The position numbers and the translations under genes were made by a program. From Bacteroidales bacterium (lineage in GTDB: Bacteria; Bacteroidota; Bacteroidia; Bacteroidales; WCHB1-69), in NCBI GenBank assembly GCA_017454945.1, contig JAFTCA010000013.1:60505-124504 (forward strand): a DNA stretch of 64,000 nucleotides, read 5' to 3'. How positions within the stretch are numbered: position 1 is the stretch's first letter; the number at the start of each line of letters is the position of its first letter. The notes under the pieces were generated by a model. That model was not told the origin of the DNA, did no database searches, and saw only the letters and a list, made by a program, of their open reading frames with translations. Of the stretch, positions 25,573 to 34,388 are shown piece after piece.

Positions 25573-26778
25573 ATGATTACAACAATACTTATTACTTTGT
25601 TTTACCTGCTTACACCTGTCTTAATCATCTGGTTGTTTAATAAATACAATTGGGTGACCAAAGTAGGTACAGTCATTTTGGCATACGCATTCGGTATTAT
25701 CCTGGCATTGCTCAATACATTCATCGGCTTTATGCCTCCTGATGGAGAAGCCGGTTCTATACTGACCATGGTACAAAAGAATCTGATGAACGTATGCGTG
25801 CCGCTGGCTATCCCGCTAATGCTTTTTAACTCCGATTTTAAGTTGTGGACCAAGTCGTTACCTAAGACCTTGGCAGTGCTGTTGGGTGGTGTGTTGTCGG
25901 TCATTATCGCTTTGATTGCAGGCTATTTCATCTTCCTCAATCATGATTTGGGTGCTACGAGCGAGTTCAAAAAAGTGGCCGTTATGATGACGGGTATTTA
26001 CACTGGTGGCACATTGAATTTTGCCGCTTTAGGCAAGATGGTTGACGCCGATCCCAACACCATCAGCATAACATTGGCATTCGAAGAGATTGTGACACTG
26101 CCGTTTATCGTGTTCATTCTGGCTGGTGGTTACAAATTATTCCGCAAGTTTTTACCTTACAAGGATGAAACATCCATAGAGGAAGACGTTGACCAGAAAA
26201 CAGTGTCGGAGAGCACTTTCGAAAATTATCATGGCATGTTCAAAGGCAAAAATTTTGGCGGTATGATGCTAGGCCTGTTGCTCTCAATCGCTATGCTTGG
26301 TGTTGGCGTGGGCTTATCCATGTTGATTGTGGGCAAGATTAACGAATTGGTGGTTATCCTTACTATTACCACTTTGGCTATTATCGCTTCTTTCAGTAAG
26401 AAAATCAGAGAGTTACCCAAGACTTTCGAGCTGGGTATGTTCTTCATTCTCATCTTCAGCTTGGTAGTGGCTTCAATGTTTGATGTGACCAAAATCGACA
26501 GTTCATCCCTCGCTATCATGTGGTACATTCTCTTTGTGATGGTGGTTTCCATCGTCCTGCATCTGCTTTTCTGCAAGGCATGCAAGGTGAGCGGCGACCT
26601 CTTCACGGTAGGCCATATCAGCTTGCTCTGTTCGCCTCCCTTCGTTCCGCCAATTGTTGAAGCATTGGGCAATCGCAAAGTGCTGATTAGCGGTATTGCC
26701 ATCGGTTTGGTGGGCTATGCTATCGGTACCTATCTGGGTTCGTTGTTTGCCACCTTTTTAGGATTACCTATGTTCTAA
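25573..26778 (+). CDS. Polytopic membrane protein (DUF819-like)
   Basis: About 10-12 TM helices in 401 aa. The family assignment is from memory of the N-terminal pattern only. Confidence 0.45.
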   Translation: MITTILITLFYLLTPVLIIWLFNKYNWVTKVGTVILAYAFGIILALLNTFIGFMPPDGEAGSILTMVQKNLMNVCVPLAIPLMLFNSDFKLWTKSLPKTLAVLLGGVLSVIIALIAGYFIFLNHDLGATSEFKKVAVMMTGIYTGGTLNFAALGKMVDADPNTISITLAFEEIVTLPFIVFILAGGYKLFRKFLPYKDETSIEEDVDQKTVSESTFENYHGMFKGKNFGGMMLGLLLSIAMLGVGVGLSMLIVGKINELVVILTITTLAIIASFSKKIRELPKTFELGMFFILIFSLVVASMFDVTKIDSSSLAIMWYILFVMVVSIVLHLLFCKACKVSGDLFTVGHISLLCSPPFVPPIVEALGNRKVLISGIAIGLVGYAIGTYLGSLFATFLGLPMF

Positions 26779-26807
26779 AATATTGTCTTTTTTAGATTGA
26801 TTGATTT

Positions 26808-28586
26808 ATGATTGAAAATGTCATCGCGTCATCGGTTCAGGAAGTGCTGAAAGAGTTGTACGGAGCGGATATTCCCGTTGCTGCGTCGGCTGTACAGCGC
26901 ACCCGTAAGGAGTTTGAGGGCGACTTTACCATCGTTGTGTTCCCCTTTGTCAAAGCAGCTCGCAAAGCTCCCGATGCCGTGGCCGCCGAAATAGGAGAGG
27001 CGCTGCATCATAAGTTGCAAGTGGCTTATAACGTAGTTAAAGGATTTCTTAATATAACACTTTCTAACGATTTCTGGCTCAAATATTTCAATGAACATTG
27101 TGCGGATGCATCTTACGGCTTTGAGCCGCATCAGAATAGCGAGCGCATTGTCATTGAGTATTCGTCGCCTAACACCAACAAGCCGCTGCATCTCGGCCAT
27201 ATCCGCAATAACCTACTCGGCTCGTCAGTGGCTCGCATCTTGGACGCCTGTGGCAAGGAAGTCGTCAAGGTTAACTTGGTGAACGACCGCGGTATCCATA
27301 TCTGCAAGTCGATGCTGGCATGGCAGAAGTTCGGCCACGGCGAAACGCCCGAAAGTACCGGCATGAAAGGCGACCATCTGGTGGGCAAGTACTATGTGAT
27401 TTTCGATCAGCATTATAAGGAAGAAATCAAGCAGCTGATGGCCGAAGGCAAGAGCGAGGAAGAGGCATCAGCTCAGGCTCCTCTGCTCGTCGAGGCACGT
27501 GAGATGCTCCGTAAGTGGGAGAGTGGCGATGCCGAAGTGCGCGCCCTCTGGACCAAAATGAATGGCTGGGTGTATGATGGCTTTGATAAAACATACGAAC
27601 GTCTTGGTATTCAGTTTGATAAGGTTTATTACGAGTCGCAGACCTACCTTTTGGGCAAGAAGATTGTGGAAGAGGGATTGGCTAATGGTGTGCTCTACCG
27701 CAAGGAAGACGGCTCGGTGTGGGTGGATTTGCGCGACGAAGGACTGGATGAGAAATTGCTGCTTCGTTCTGACGGCACCTCGGTCTATATGACGCAAGAC
27801 TTGGGTACAGCCCAGTTGCGCTACGAGGAATTTGCGCCGCAGAAGATGATCTATGTAGTTGGCAATGAGCAGAATTACCATTTTGATGTGCTTAAATTAT
27901 TGCTTTCCAAAAAGTTAAAGAAAGAATACGGTAACCATATCTATCATCTTTCATACGGCATGGTGGAACTGCCTTGTGGCAAGATGAAGTCGCGTGAAGG
28001 CACCGTGGTGGATGCCGACGACCTAATGGAAGAGATGTTTGTGCAGGCCAAGGAGAGCACCGAAGCGCTTGGAAAACATGACTTTACGCCTGATGAGGCT
28101 GCTCGTCTTTACGAGATGATTGGCTTGGGTGCTTTGAAATATTTTATTCTCAAAGTCGATCCGAAGAAGAATATGCTGTTCAATCCAGCCGAATCGATTG
28201 ATTTTAACGGCAATACGGCGCCGTTTATCCAATATACCCACGCTCGTATCCAGTCGCTGTTGCGCAAGGCTGCCGAAAGTCAGATAGATGTTGCTAACGA
28301 CCTGACAGCGTTGGCTTTGCCAGCCGCAGAAACAGAATTGATAAAGCGACTGTACGAATTTCCGCAGGTGGTGCTCAATGCCGGTGAGTCGTTCAGTCCC
28401 GCCTTGATAGCCAACTACACCTACGATTTGGCAAAAGAGTTCAACCGTTTCTATCAGGAGACGCCCATCTTCAAGGAGGCAGACGAGAATCTGCGCACGC
28501 TGCGCTTGCAACTCTCTCAGTGGGTGGGCATTGTGATTAAAAACGGTATGTCGCTGCTGGGCATTGATGTCCCCGATAAAATGTAG
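26808..28586 (+). CDS. argS: Arginine--tRNA ligase
   Basis: HIGH region SPNTNKPLHLGHIRN, KMSK-like GKMKSREG, and a C-terminal DALR anticodon-binding region. Confidence 0.95.
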   Translation: MIENVIASSVQEVLKELYGADIPVAASAVQRTRKEFEGDFTIVVFPFVKAARKAPDAVAAEIGEALHHKLQVAYNVVKGFLNITLSNDFWLKYFNEHCADASYGFEPHQNSERIVIEYSSPNTNKPLHLGHIRNNLLGSSVARILDACGKEVVKVNLVNDRGIHICKSMLAWQKFGHGETPESTGMKGDHLVGKYYVIFDQHYKEEIKQLMAEGKSEEEASAQAPLLVEAREMLRKWESGDAEVRALWTKMNGWVYDGFDKTYERLGIQFDKVYYESQTYLLGKKIVEEGLANGVLYRKEDGSVWVDLRDEGLDEKLLLRSDGTSVYMTQDLGTAQLRYEEFAPQKMIYVVGNEQNYHFDVLKLLLSKKLKKEYGNHIYHLSYGMVELPCGKMKSREGTVVDADDLMEEMFVQAKESTEALGKHDFTPDEAARLYEMIGLGALKYFILKVDPKKNMLFNPAESIDFNGNTAPFIQYTHARIQSLLRKAAESQIDVANDLTALALPAAETELIKRLYEFPQVVLNAGESFSPALIANYTYDLAKEFNRFYQETPIFKEADENLRTLRLQLSQWVGIVIKNGMSLLGIDVPDKM

Positions 28587-28591
28587 TGAAG

Positions 28592-29500
28592 ATGAATAGA
28601 ATACCTCCGTATCTCAAGCCTGGCGATACCATTGGCATTGCCGCTCCGGCTCGCAAGATTTCGCACGAAGAGCTGGCACCGACGTTGGCTCTGCTTGAGC
28701 GACGTGGCTACAAGGTGCTGCTGCCCGAAAACCTGTTTGCCGAGTGCCACCAGTTTGCCGGCACTGATGAGCAGCGCGCCGACGATATGCAGTACCTGCT
28801 CGACAATCCTGATGTGAAGGCCATCCTGTTCGCCCGTGGCGGCTACGGCTCGGTGCGCATCATCGACCGACTCGACTTTACCGCTTTCCTGCAAGCACCC
28901 AAATGGCTGTGCGGCTATAGCGACATGACTGTATTCCACTCGCACCTGCAAGCCAACTATCAGATACCTACGCTGCACGCCACCATGCCTGTGAATATTA
29001 CCGATGAGACGGCCGATTCGGACAATGTGCGCACCCTTTTTGAGGCGCTGGAAGGCCGTCAGCTGACTTACGAGGTGACTGCCCACCCGTTCAATCGCAG
29101 CGGTAGTGCGACCGCGCCTGTCGTTGGCGGCAACCTGTCGATGCTCTATTCGCTGCTCGGTTCGCCTTCCGACATTGCCACTGACGGCAAAATACTCTTC
29201 ATAGAGGATTTGGACGAATATCTCTACCATATCGACCGCATGATGATGAACCTGAAGCGCAACGGCAAGTTAGAACGCCTGGCAGGCTTGGTAATAGGAG
29301 GGATGTCTGATATGAACGACAACACCATCCCTTACGGAAAAACAGCCGAAGAGATTGTGGCTGAACATTGTGCCGGGTACGACTATCCCGTCTGCTTCGG
29401 TTTCCCCGCCGGCCATATCGCTCGCAACCTGACGCTGAAACTGGGAATGACTGCACAATTGAAAGTGGCTGAAAATCAGACTATTTTGTCGTTTTTATAG
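28592..29500 (+). CDS. LD-carboxypeptidase (peptidase S66)
   Basis: Nucleophile context WLCGYSDMTVFH and C-terminal FGFPAGH (His). ATG at 28592 (the track start at 28586 is a GTG overlapping the argS stop). Confidence 0.8.
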   Translation: MNRIPPYLKPGDTIGIAAPARKISHEELAPTLALLERRGYKVLLPENLFAECHQFAGTDEQRADDMQYLLDNPDVKAILFARGGYGSVRIIDRLDFTAFLQAPKWLCGYSDMTVFHSHLQANYQIPTLHATMPVNITDETADSDNVRTLFEALEGRQLTYEVTAHPFNRSGSATAPVVGGNLSMLYSLLGSPSDIATDGKILFIEDLDEYLYHIDRMMMNLKRNGKLERLAGLVIGGMSDMNDNTIPYGKTAEEIVAEHCAGYDYPVCFGFPAGHIARNLTLKLGMTAQLKVAENQTILSFL

Positions 29501-29737
29501 AAAATTCGCGTAAATCCGTGCGATCCGCGGCCAAAATATCTCCGCGAATCTGACGAAACCGCATGGAGATAATTTGCGAAAAATAAACCTCATGCAATAT
29601 CAATAGTCTAAATATCGTTTTTTCAATAAAATATTCGCTTATAGTGTTTCGTTTAAAAAAAAAACGTATATTTGCTGCGCTTTTAAAGAAAGGTAATTCA
29701 AAGAAAACATATTATTAATTCAAAAACAAAAAAGATT

Positions 29738-30385
29738 ATGAAAGCTGTAAAATTTTTATTCATGGCATTAATTGCTTGCTCTTTATTAACGGCATGCAAA
29801 GACAAGGAACCCGAGCCAGAACCCAATCCTGGCCCTGCTGCCGGTGTGTTCAAATGTACCTTCGGTGAACAAGATTGGACCGTAAAAACTACCGATTGCG
29901 GTATTGTTGAAAGCAATGGTGACCAATGTGTGTTTGTGAATGCTTCACCTAACGATTTTTCAGAGCTGCCTATTCTTTATTTCATGATTAAAGCAGAAAC
30001 AGGTCGTCACATGGCATCCACCGACCCTCATTTGTTTATGATGTATTATAAGTCAACTGCATTTAACCTGAATTATAATGGTCAGCTGCTTCAGAACTTA
30101 GGTGACTATTGGGCTGGTAACGGTCCTCTACCTATGGGTACTATCAATATTGAAATCACCTCTTTAGATGTTAATACCTTGAAGGTAACCATGAAGGGTT
30201 CAGGCACTTGCTGGGGTGCTCGTGAATACATTGCAGCATACAACGAAGGTAGAGAAGACATTGTTCCGTTGGATTTCAATTTCGAGGCCAATGAAGTTAC
30301 TCTCACTCGTCGTGCAACCAAGAGCTTGTCTCCTATGACTCAAGTGGCAATGCAAGCAACTGAAACACTTACTCTTACCAAATAA
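29738..30385 (+). CDS. Lipoprotein, unknown function
   Basis: Lipobox LLTAC followed by a Pro/Glu linker (KDKEPEPEPNPGPAAG). A terminator hairpin follows. Confidence 0.55.
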   Translation: MKAVKFLFMALIACSLLTACKDKEPEPEPNPGPAAGVFKCTFGEQDWTVKTTDCGIVESNGDQCVFVNASPNDFSELPILYFMIKAETGRHMASTDPHLFMMYYKSTAFNLNYNGQLLQNLGDYWAGNGPLPMGTINIEITSLDVNTLKVTMKGSGTCWGAREYIAAYNEGREDIVPLDFNFEANEVTLTRRATKSLSPMTQVAMQATETLTLTK

Positions 30386-30404
30386 GAACAACTAACCAAC
30401 ATAC

Positions 30405-30437
30405 AAAGACGGGGTAGCAATATCCCGTCTTTTTTTA
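30405..30437 (+). terminator. Rho-independent terminator
   Basis: GACGGG...CCCGTC stem followed by T7, after the stop at 30385. Confidence 0.7.
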
Positions 30438-30452
30438 TGGAAGAATATTAAA

Positions 30453-31133
30453 ATGGAACAAATTGCATTTTGGGGCATCCCTTTGATATACTGGCTGTTG
30501 GTGGCGGCGTTCGTATTGCCTAAAATACCCTATGTTGGCAAGTTTTTCAATGTCATCAACACGGGTGTCCACGAGCTGGGACATGCGCTCATGGCGCTTG
30601 TTTTGCAAGGGCAAGTGCTCAAAATCGAGCTGTTTGGCGACACGTCAGGTGCTGCCGTCACCAAGTCGGCCAACCGCTTTACGGCGATGCTGGTCTCTTT
30701 GAGCGGCTATCTGTTTGCTTCTGCAGTGGCCTATCTGGCCTTCTATCTCATCCATGTCGGCTATGTGCAGCATTTTATCATTGGCTTGTCGCTGGTATTC
30801 CTGCTGATGCTAATTCTGTGGGTGCGCAACTGGTTCGGCGTTATTTGGGTGGTGCTGTTCGTTGCCTTGAACGGCTTCCTGATTTATTACGGTAATACAT
30901 TGTATATCAATATCGCTGCGCTGTTCTATGGCGTCATGATTCTCATCGAGTCGGTATGGTCCACGTTGGTGGTGCTTTTTTTGTCGATAGTAAATCCCGA
31001 TGCCGCAGGAGACGCCGCCAACTTGAAAAAGCAAACTCATGTGCCCGCCTTCATCTGGGCCCTGCTGTTTGTGGCTTTCGCGGGCTTTGTCGCCTATAAA
31101 GTGGTGGTGGAGTATCTGTGGCCTTTGTTCTGA
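30453..31133 (+). CDS. M50B-like membrane metallopeptidase family protein
   Basis: HELGHAL zinc motif in the first cytoplasmic loop of a 6-TM protein. Confidence 0.6.
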   Translation: MEQIAFWGIPLIYWLLVAAFVLPKIPYVGKFFNVINTGVHELGHALMALVLQGQVLKIELFGDTSGAAVTKSANRFTAMLVSLSGYLFASAVAYLAFYLIHVGYVQHFIIGLSLVFLLMLILWVRNWFGVIWVVLFVALNGFLIYYGNTLYINIAALFYGVMILIESVWSTLVVLFLSIVNPDAAGDAANLKKQTHVPAFIWALLFVAFAGFVAYKVVVEYLWPLF

Positions 31134-31140
31134 ATAAAGA

Positions 31141-31168
31141 TTTTAGTTGTTAGTTTTTAGTTGTTAGA
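31141..31168. repeat. TTAGTTG-word array; left inverted arm of four-helix-bundle cassette 1
   Basis: 31143-31167 is the exact reverse complement of 31530-31554 (checked base by base). Confidence 0.95.
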
Positions 31169-31178
31169 AAAAGTTTTT

Positions 31179-31547
31179 ATGATGAAATCAAGTGATTATA
31201 AACAATTGAAAGTGTGGCAGAAAGCAATTGATTTGACGGTGGAGGTGTATAAGATTGTCAAGTATCTGCCAAAAGAAGAAACGTATGTGTTGTCAGATCA
31301 GATGCGAAGAGCGGTGGTTTCAATACCCTCCAATATCGCAGAAGGTCAGGGGCGAAATTCACGCAAGGAATTTCAGAATTTTTTATCTATAGCACGAGGG
31401 TCTTTGTGGGAGTTGGGAACTCAAATCGAAATTTGTGAACGCTTGGGCTACTTAAATAATCCTCAAACGACTAAAGTCCATGAACTAACCATGGAGATTG
31501 GAAAAATGCTCAATGCCCTCTCAAATTCTCTAACAACTAAAAACTAA
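31179..31547 (+). CDS. Four-helix-bundle protein (23S rRNA intervening-sequence protein / Avd family), copy 1
   Basis: Family signature YKQLKVWQKA...LPKEE...L.DQMRRA.VSIPSNIAEGQGR...EF..FL.IARGS..EL.TQ. Bracketed by inverted arms at 31143-31168 and 31529-31554. Confidence 0.8.
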   Translation: MMKSSDYKQLKVWQKAIDLTVEVYKIVKYLPKEETYVLSDQMRRAVVSIPSNIAEGQGRNSRKEFQNFLSIARGSLWELGTQIEICERLGYLNNPQTTKVHELTMEIGKMLNALSNSLTTKN

Positions 31548-31560
31548 CAACTAACAACTA
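31529..31560. repeat. CTAACAA-word array; right inverted arm of cassette 1
   Basis: Exact complement of the left arm over 25-26 nt. Overlaps the last codons and the stop of the ORF. Confidence 0.95.
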
Positions 31561-31567
31561 ATATTGC

Positions 31568-31575
31568 TATTTTTG
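31568..31575 (+). promoter_or_regulatory. Bacteroidota -7 promoter box
   Basis: TATTTTTG, 27 nt upstream of the ATG at 31602. Confidence 0.45.
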
Positions 31576-31601
31576 TACCATTAAACTAAAAAATATAACT
31601 C

Positions 31602-32171
31602 ATGTCTTATTTCGTTCACGAATCGTCGTATGTAGATGAGGATTGCCTTATTGGTGAAGGCACCAAGATTTGGCATTTCTCGCATATCATGTCACATTGC
31701 CGTATTGGCAAAAACTGCAATATTGGTCAGAATGTGGTCATCTCACCCGAAGTGGTGCTTGGCAATAACGTGAAGATACAGAACAATGTATCTGTCTATA
31801 CGGGTGTTACTTGCGATGACGATGTTTTCCTTGGCCCCTCTATGGTATTCACCAATGTGATTAATCCGCGCAGTGCCGTCTGCCGCAAAGACCAGTACGC
31901 ACGCACGCATGTGGGCAAGGGGGCTTCCATTGGAGCCAATGCCACTGTGGTCTGCGGACACAATATCGGACGCTACGCTTTCATTGGAGCCGGTGCCGTT
32001 GTGACCAAAGATGTGCCCGATTACGCCCTGATGGTGGGAAATCCCGCCGTCCAGGTCGGCTGGATGAGCGAGTACGGCTGCAAACTTGCTTTCAACGAGA
32101 ACGGCGAGGCCGTTTGTCCTGAAAGCGGCGAAAAGTACCGACTGACAGAAGGGAAGGTTGTTAGACTTTAG
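31602..32171 (+). CDS. Left-handed beta-helix (hexapeptide-repeat) sugar N-acetyltransferase, WbpD/FdtC-like
   Basis: Hexapeptide repeats throughout ([26 protein letters not shown], ...), 189 aa. TATTTTTG box at 31568. Confidence 0.8.
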   Translation: MSYFVHESSYVDEDCLIGEGTKIWHFSHIMSHCRIGKNCNIGQNVVISPEVVLGNNVKIQNNVSVYTGVTCDDDVFLGPSMVFTNVINPRSAVCRKDQYARTHVGKGASIGANATVVCGHNIGRYAFIGAGAVVTKDVPDYALMVGNPAVQVGWMSEYGCKLAFNENGEAVCPESGEKYRLTEGKVVRL

Positions 32172-32195
32172 GCATTAGACTTTAGACGTTAGACG
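32161..32195. repeat. TTAGACT-word array; left inverted arm of cassette 2
   Basis: About 31 of 35 positions are complementary to the 32560-32597 array (longest perfect run 13 nt). Overlaps the acetyltransferase stop. Confidence 0.85.
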
Positions 32196-32208
32196 GTAAT
32201 GTGAAAAT

Positions 32209-32577
32209 ATGAAATCAAGTGATTATAAACAGTTAAAAGTATGGCAGAAGGCGATGGATTTGACTGTAGAAGTTTATGATCTTATCAAGAAATTGCCGAA
32301 AGAAGAAAATTATGGATTGTCCGACCAGATGCGCAGATCGGTTGTTTCTATTCCTTCTAATATTGCGGAAGGACAAGGAAGAAATTCGGATAGAGAATTT
32401 GTGAATTTTTTATCTATAGCAAGAGGTTCTCTTTGGGAATTGGAAACCCAACTGGAGATATGTAAAAGACTAGGATATATTGACAACAATCAAATGTCGA
32501 ATGCTTTTGTTTTAACAACAGAAATTAGCAAAATGATTAATTCATTATCAAAAACCCTGCTAAAGTCTAAAGTCTAA
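32209..32577 (+). CDS. Four-helix-bundle protein (23S rRNA IVS protein / Avd family), copy 2
   Basis: About 70% identical to copy 1 by eye and carries the same signature. The C-terminal residues LLKSKV are encoded by the CTAAAGT array. Confidence 0.8.
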   Translation: MKSSDYKQLKVWQKAMDLTVEVYDLIKKLPKEENYGLSDQMRRSVVSIPSNIAEGQGRNSDREFVNFLSIARGSLWELETQLEICKRLGYIDNNQMSNAFVLTTEISKMINSLSKTLLKSKV

Positions 32578-32597
32578 AGTCTAAAGTCTAAAGTCTA
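32560..32597. repeat. CTAAAGT x5 tandem array; right inverted arm of cassette 2
   Basis: Read directly. Overlaps the 3' ends of both the four-helix-bundle ORF (+) and the rhomboid gene (-). Confidence 0.95.
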
Positions 32598-33253
32598 TCT
32601 ATATCCTCTAAGCCTTCTACATCCTCTAAATCCTCTTCTTCCCAAACATATTCTTTCTTTTGTGGGCCTTCATTCCTATAGAAAAAGGCAAGTATCACTC
32701 CTGTGATAGCGCCTGCCAGATGGCCTTCCCAAGAAATGAACTTGTCGGGGAAGAGCGATGGAAAGAATCCCCATACAATACTCCCGTATAAAAATATGAT
32801 AATCAATGTGTAAGCCATGAGGTGCTCTTCCATTTTCAAAATGGAGATAGTGACCAGGAAGAAAGCCTGTGCGTACACCATGCCGCTGGCACCGATATGT
32901 ACGCCTGACGAGGCTATCACCCATGTGAGGATGCCCGATATCAGGTAGTGCATAAGGAGTATGAGAAACGCTTTGTTGCGGAAGAAATAGAAAAGACCGA
33001 ATAGCAGGAAGAATAGCGGTAGGCTGTTGGAAAACAGGTGCTCGTAGTCGGCATGCAGGAAGGGCAGGGTGAATATGCCTACGAGGCCCGATAATTCGCG
33101 CGGACGCACTCCAAAGTCGTTCCAATTAAGCATGAACACATGGTTGAGAATAAAAGCCAGCCAGATTAATCCGATAATTATAAGTGACTGAGCAATAGCT
33201 AAATAAAACCTATGTTTTTCAAACAGACGCTCTTCCATGGACGTGGGTATCAA
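32588..33253 (-). CDS. Rhomboid-family intramembrane serine protease
   Basis: GASGMVYA (GxSG) in TM4 and HLAGAITG (His) in TM6. Confidence 0.75.
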   Translation of the reverse strand: MIPTSMEERLFEKHRFYLAIAQSLIIIGLIWLAFILNHVFMLNWNDFGVRPRELSGLVGIFTLPFLHADYEHLFSNSLPLFFLLFGLFYFFRNKAFLILLMHYLISGILTWVIASSGVHIGASGMVYAQAFFLVTISILKMEEHLMAYTLIIIFLYGSIVWGFFPSLFPDKFISWEGHLAGAITGVILAFFYRNEGPQKKEYVWEEEDLEDVEGLEDIDRL

Positions 33254-33323
33254 ATTGGACTCTTTTCCACTGCAATTTTAATCTTTTTTTCGAATAAAAA
33301 TGCAGAAGCCATCCACCGTTCGA

Positions 33324-34244
33324 CTAATTGTCTTTGTAATGTTCGCACGGGGTGCCTTCCATTTCCAATTCGAGTGTAACGTGGCTTATGCCAATATGTT
33401 CCAGTTGGTGTCTCAGATCATGTTTGATGGCTTCGGCTTTGGTGAAGTCGCGGATGACCACATGGGCAGTCATGGCATTTTCGGTCGTGCTCAGTGCCCA
33501 TACATGCAGGTGATGGCACTCCACCACATCGGGATGTGAGTTCATAATTTGGCTTACGGTGTCAAAATCAACATCTTCGGGCACGCCGTCAAGCGAGAGG
33601 CGTAAGCTTTGGCGGAGCAGCTGCCAGGTGGAAATCATAATGATGACGGCAACAATGAGTCCTATGATAGGGTCAATGACGTACCAGTCTGTGAAATAGA
33701 TGACAATGCCTGAAAGTACCACACCAATCGAAACCAAGGCGTCGGCAGCCATGTGAAGGTAAGCCCCCTTTACGTTCAAATCGCGTTCTTTGTCTTTCAT
33801 GAACAGCCAGGCAGTCAGCCCGTTGACAATAACTCCAACAGCGGCCACCCAAGCAATGGTACTTCCTGCTACCTCTACAGGGGCGATAAGTTTGTGAATA
33901 CTCTCGGCCATGATGACACCAACAGCCACCAATAGCAAGACAGCATTAAGTAAAGAGACCAGTATTGTGCTTTTTTTTAATCCGTAAGTATATCTTTTTG
34001 AAGTGTTTACTCTTAACAGACGGAAGGCTAATAGAGCCAAAACGAGGCTGGCAATGTCGGTTAGGTTGTGCCCTGCATCCGACAAGAGTCCCATAGAGTG
34101 AGAATATAACCCAAAGCCAAATTCCACCAGCACATATATGATATTCAATGAAATACCTATAATAAACGCCCGATTCAGCGACGAAGCATCTATTTCATGC
34201 TCATGATGATGGTGGTGGTGGTGATGTTCGTGATGTTCTGCCAT
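33324..34244 (-). CDS. CDF-family divalent-cation efflux transporter (CzcD/ZitB-like) with His-rich N-terminus
   Basis: MAEHHEHHHHHHHHEHE leader, HSMGLLSDAGHNLTD and HMAADALVS motifs. Start set at the ATG at 34244; the track's upstream extension runs through the word array. Confidence 0.85.
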   Translation of the reverse strand: MAEHHEHHHHHHHHEHEIDASSLNRAFIIGISLNIIYVLVEFGFGLYSHSMGLLSDAGHNLTDIASLVLALLAFRLLRVNTSKRYTYGLKKSTILVSLLNAVLLLVAVGVIMAESIHKLIAPVEVAGSTIAWVAAVGVIVNGLTAWLFMKDKERDLNVKGAYLHMAADALVSIGVVLSGIVIYFTDWYVIDPIIGLIVAVIIMISTWQLLRQSLRLSLDGVPEDVDFDTVSQIMNSHPDVVECHHLHVWALSTTENAMTAHVVIRDFTKAEAIKHDLRHQLEHIGISHVTLELEMEGTPCEHYKDN

Positions 34245-34261
34245 GGCTAAATGATGATAGT

Positions 34262-34388
34262 GGTTAAGAAGTTCAGAAACTAAGGGGTTAAGAGGGTGTG
34301 AAGGATTAAATGAATAGTGAACAGTGAAGGAACTAAGTAGCAATGTATTTGTTCTTTGTTCTTGAATTTGAATTTTGAATTCTGAATT
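34262..34388. repeat. Composite word array (GTTAAGAA / AACTAAG / AGTGAAnn / TTGTTCT / TTGAATT)
   Basis: Fills almost the whole spacer between the permease stop and the CDF start. Confidence 0.85.

Noticed and set aside
31179-32577. Considered a diversity-generating retroelement, since Avd-family four-helix-bundle proteins are DGR accessory proteins.
   Set aside because: There is no reverse transcriptase ORF and no template/variable repeat pair with adenine-specific differences anywhere in the window.
34245-34343. An N-terminal extension of the CDF gene (track start 34343).
   Set aside because: The extension is encoded by the word array. The His-rich MAEHHEHHHH start at 34244 matches the usual CzcD/ZitB-type N-terminus.
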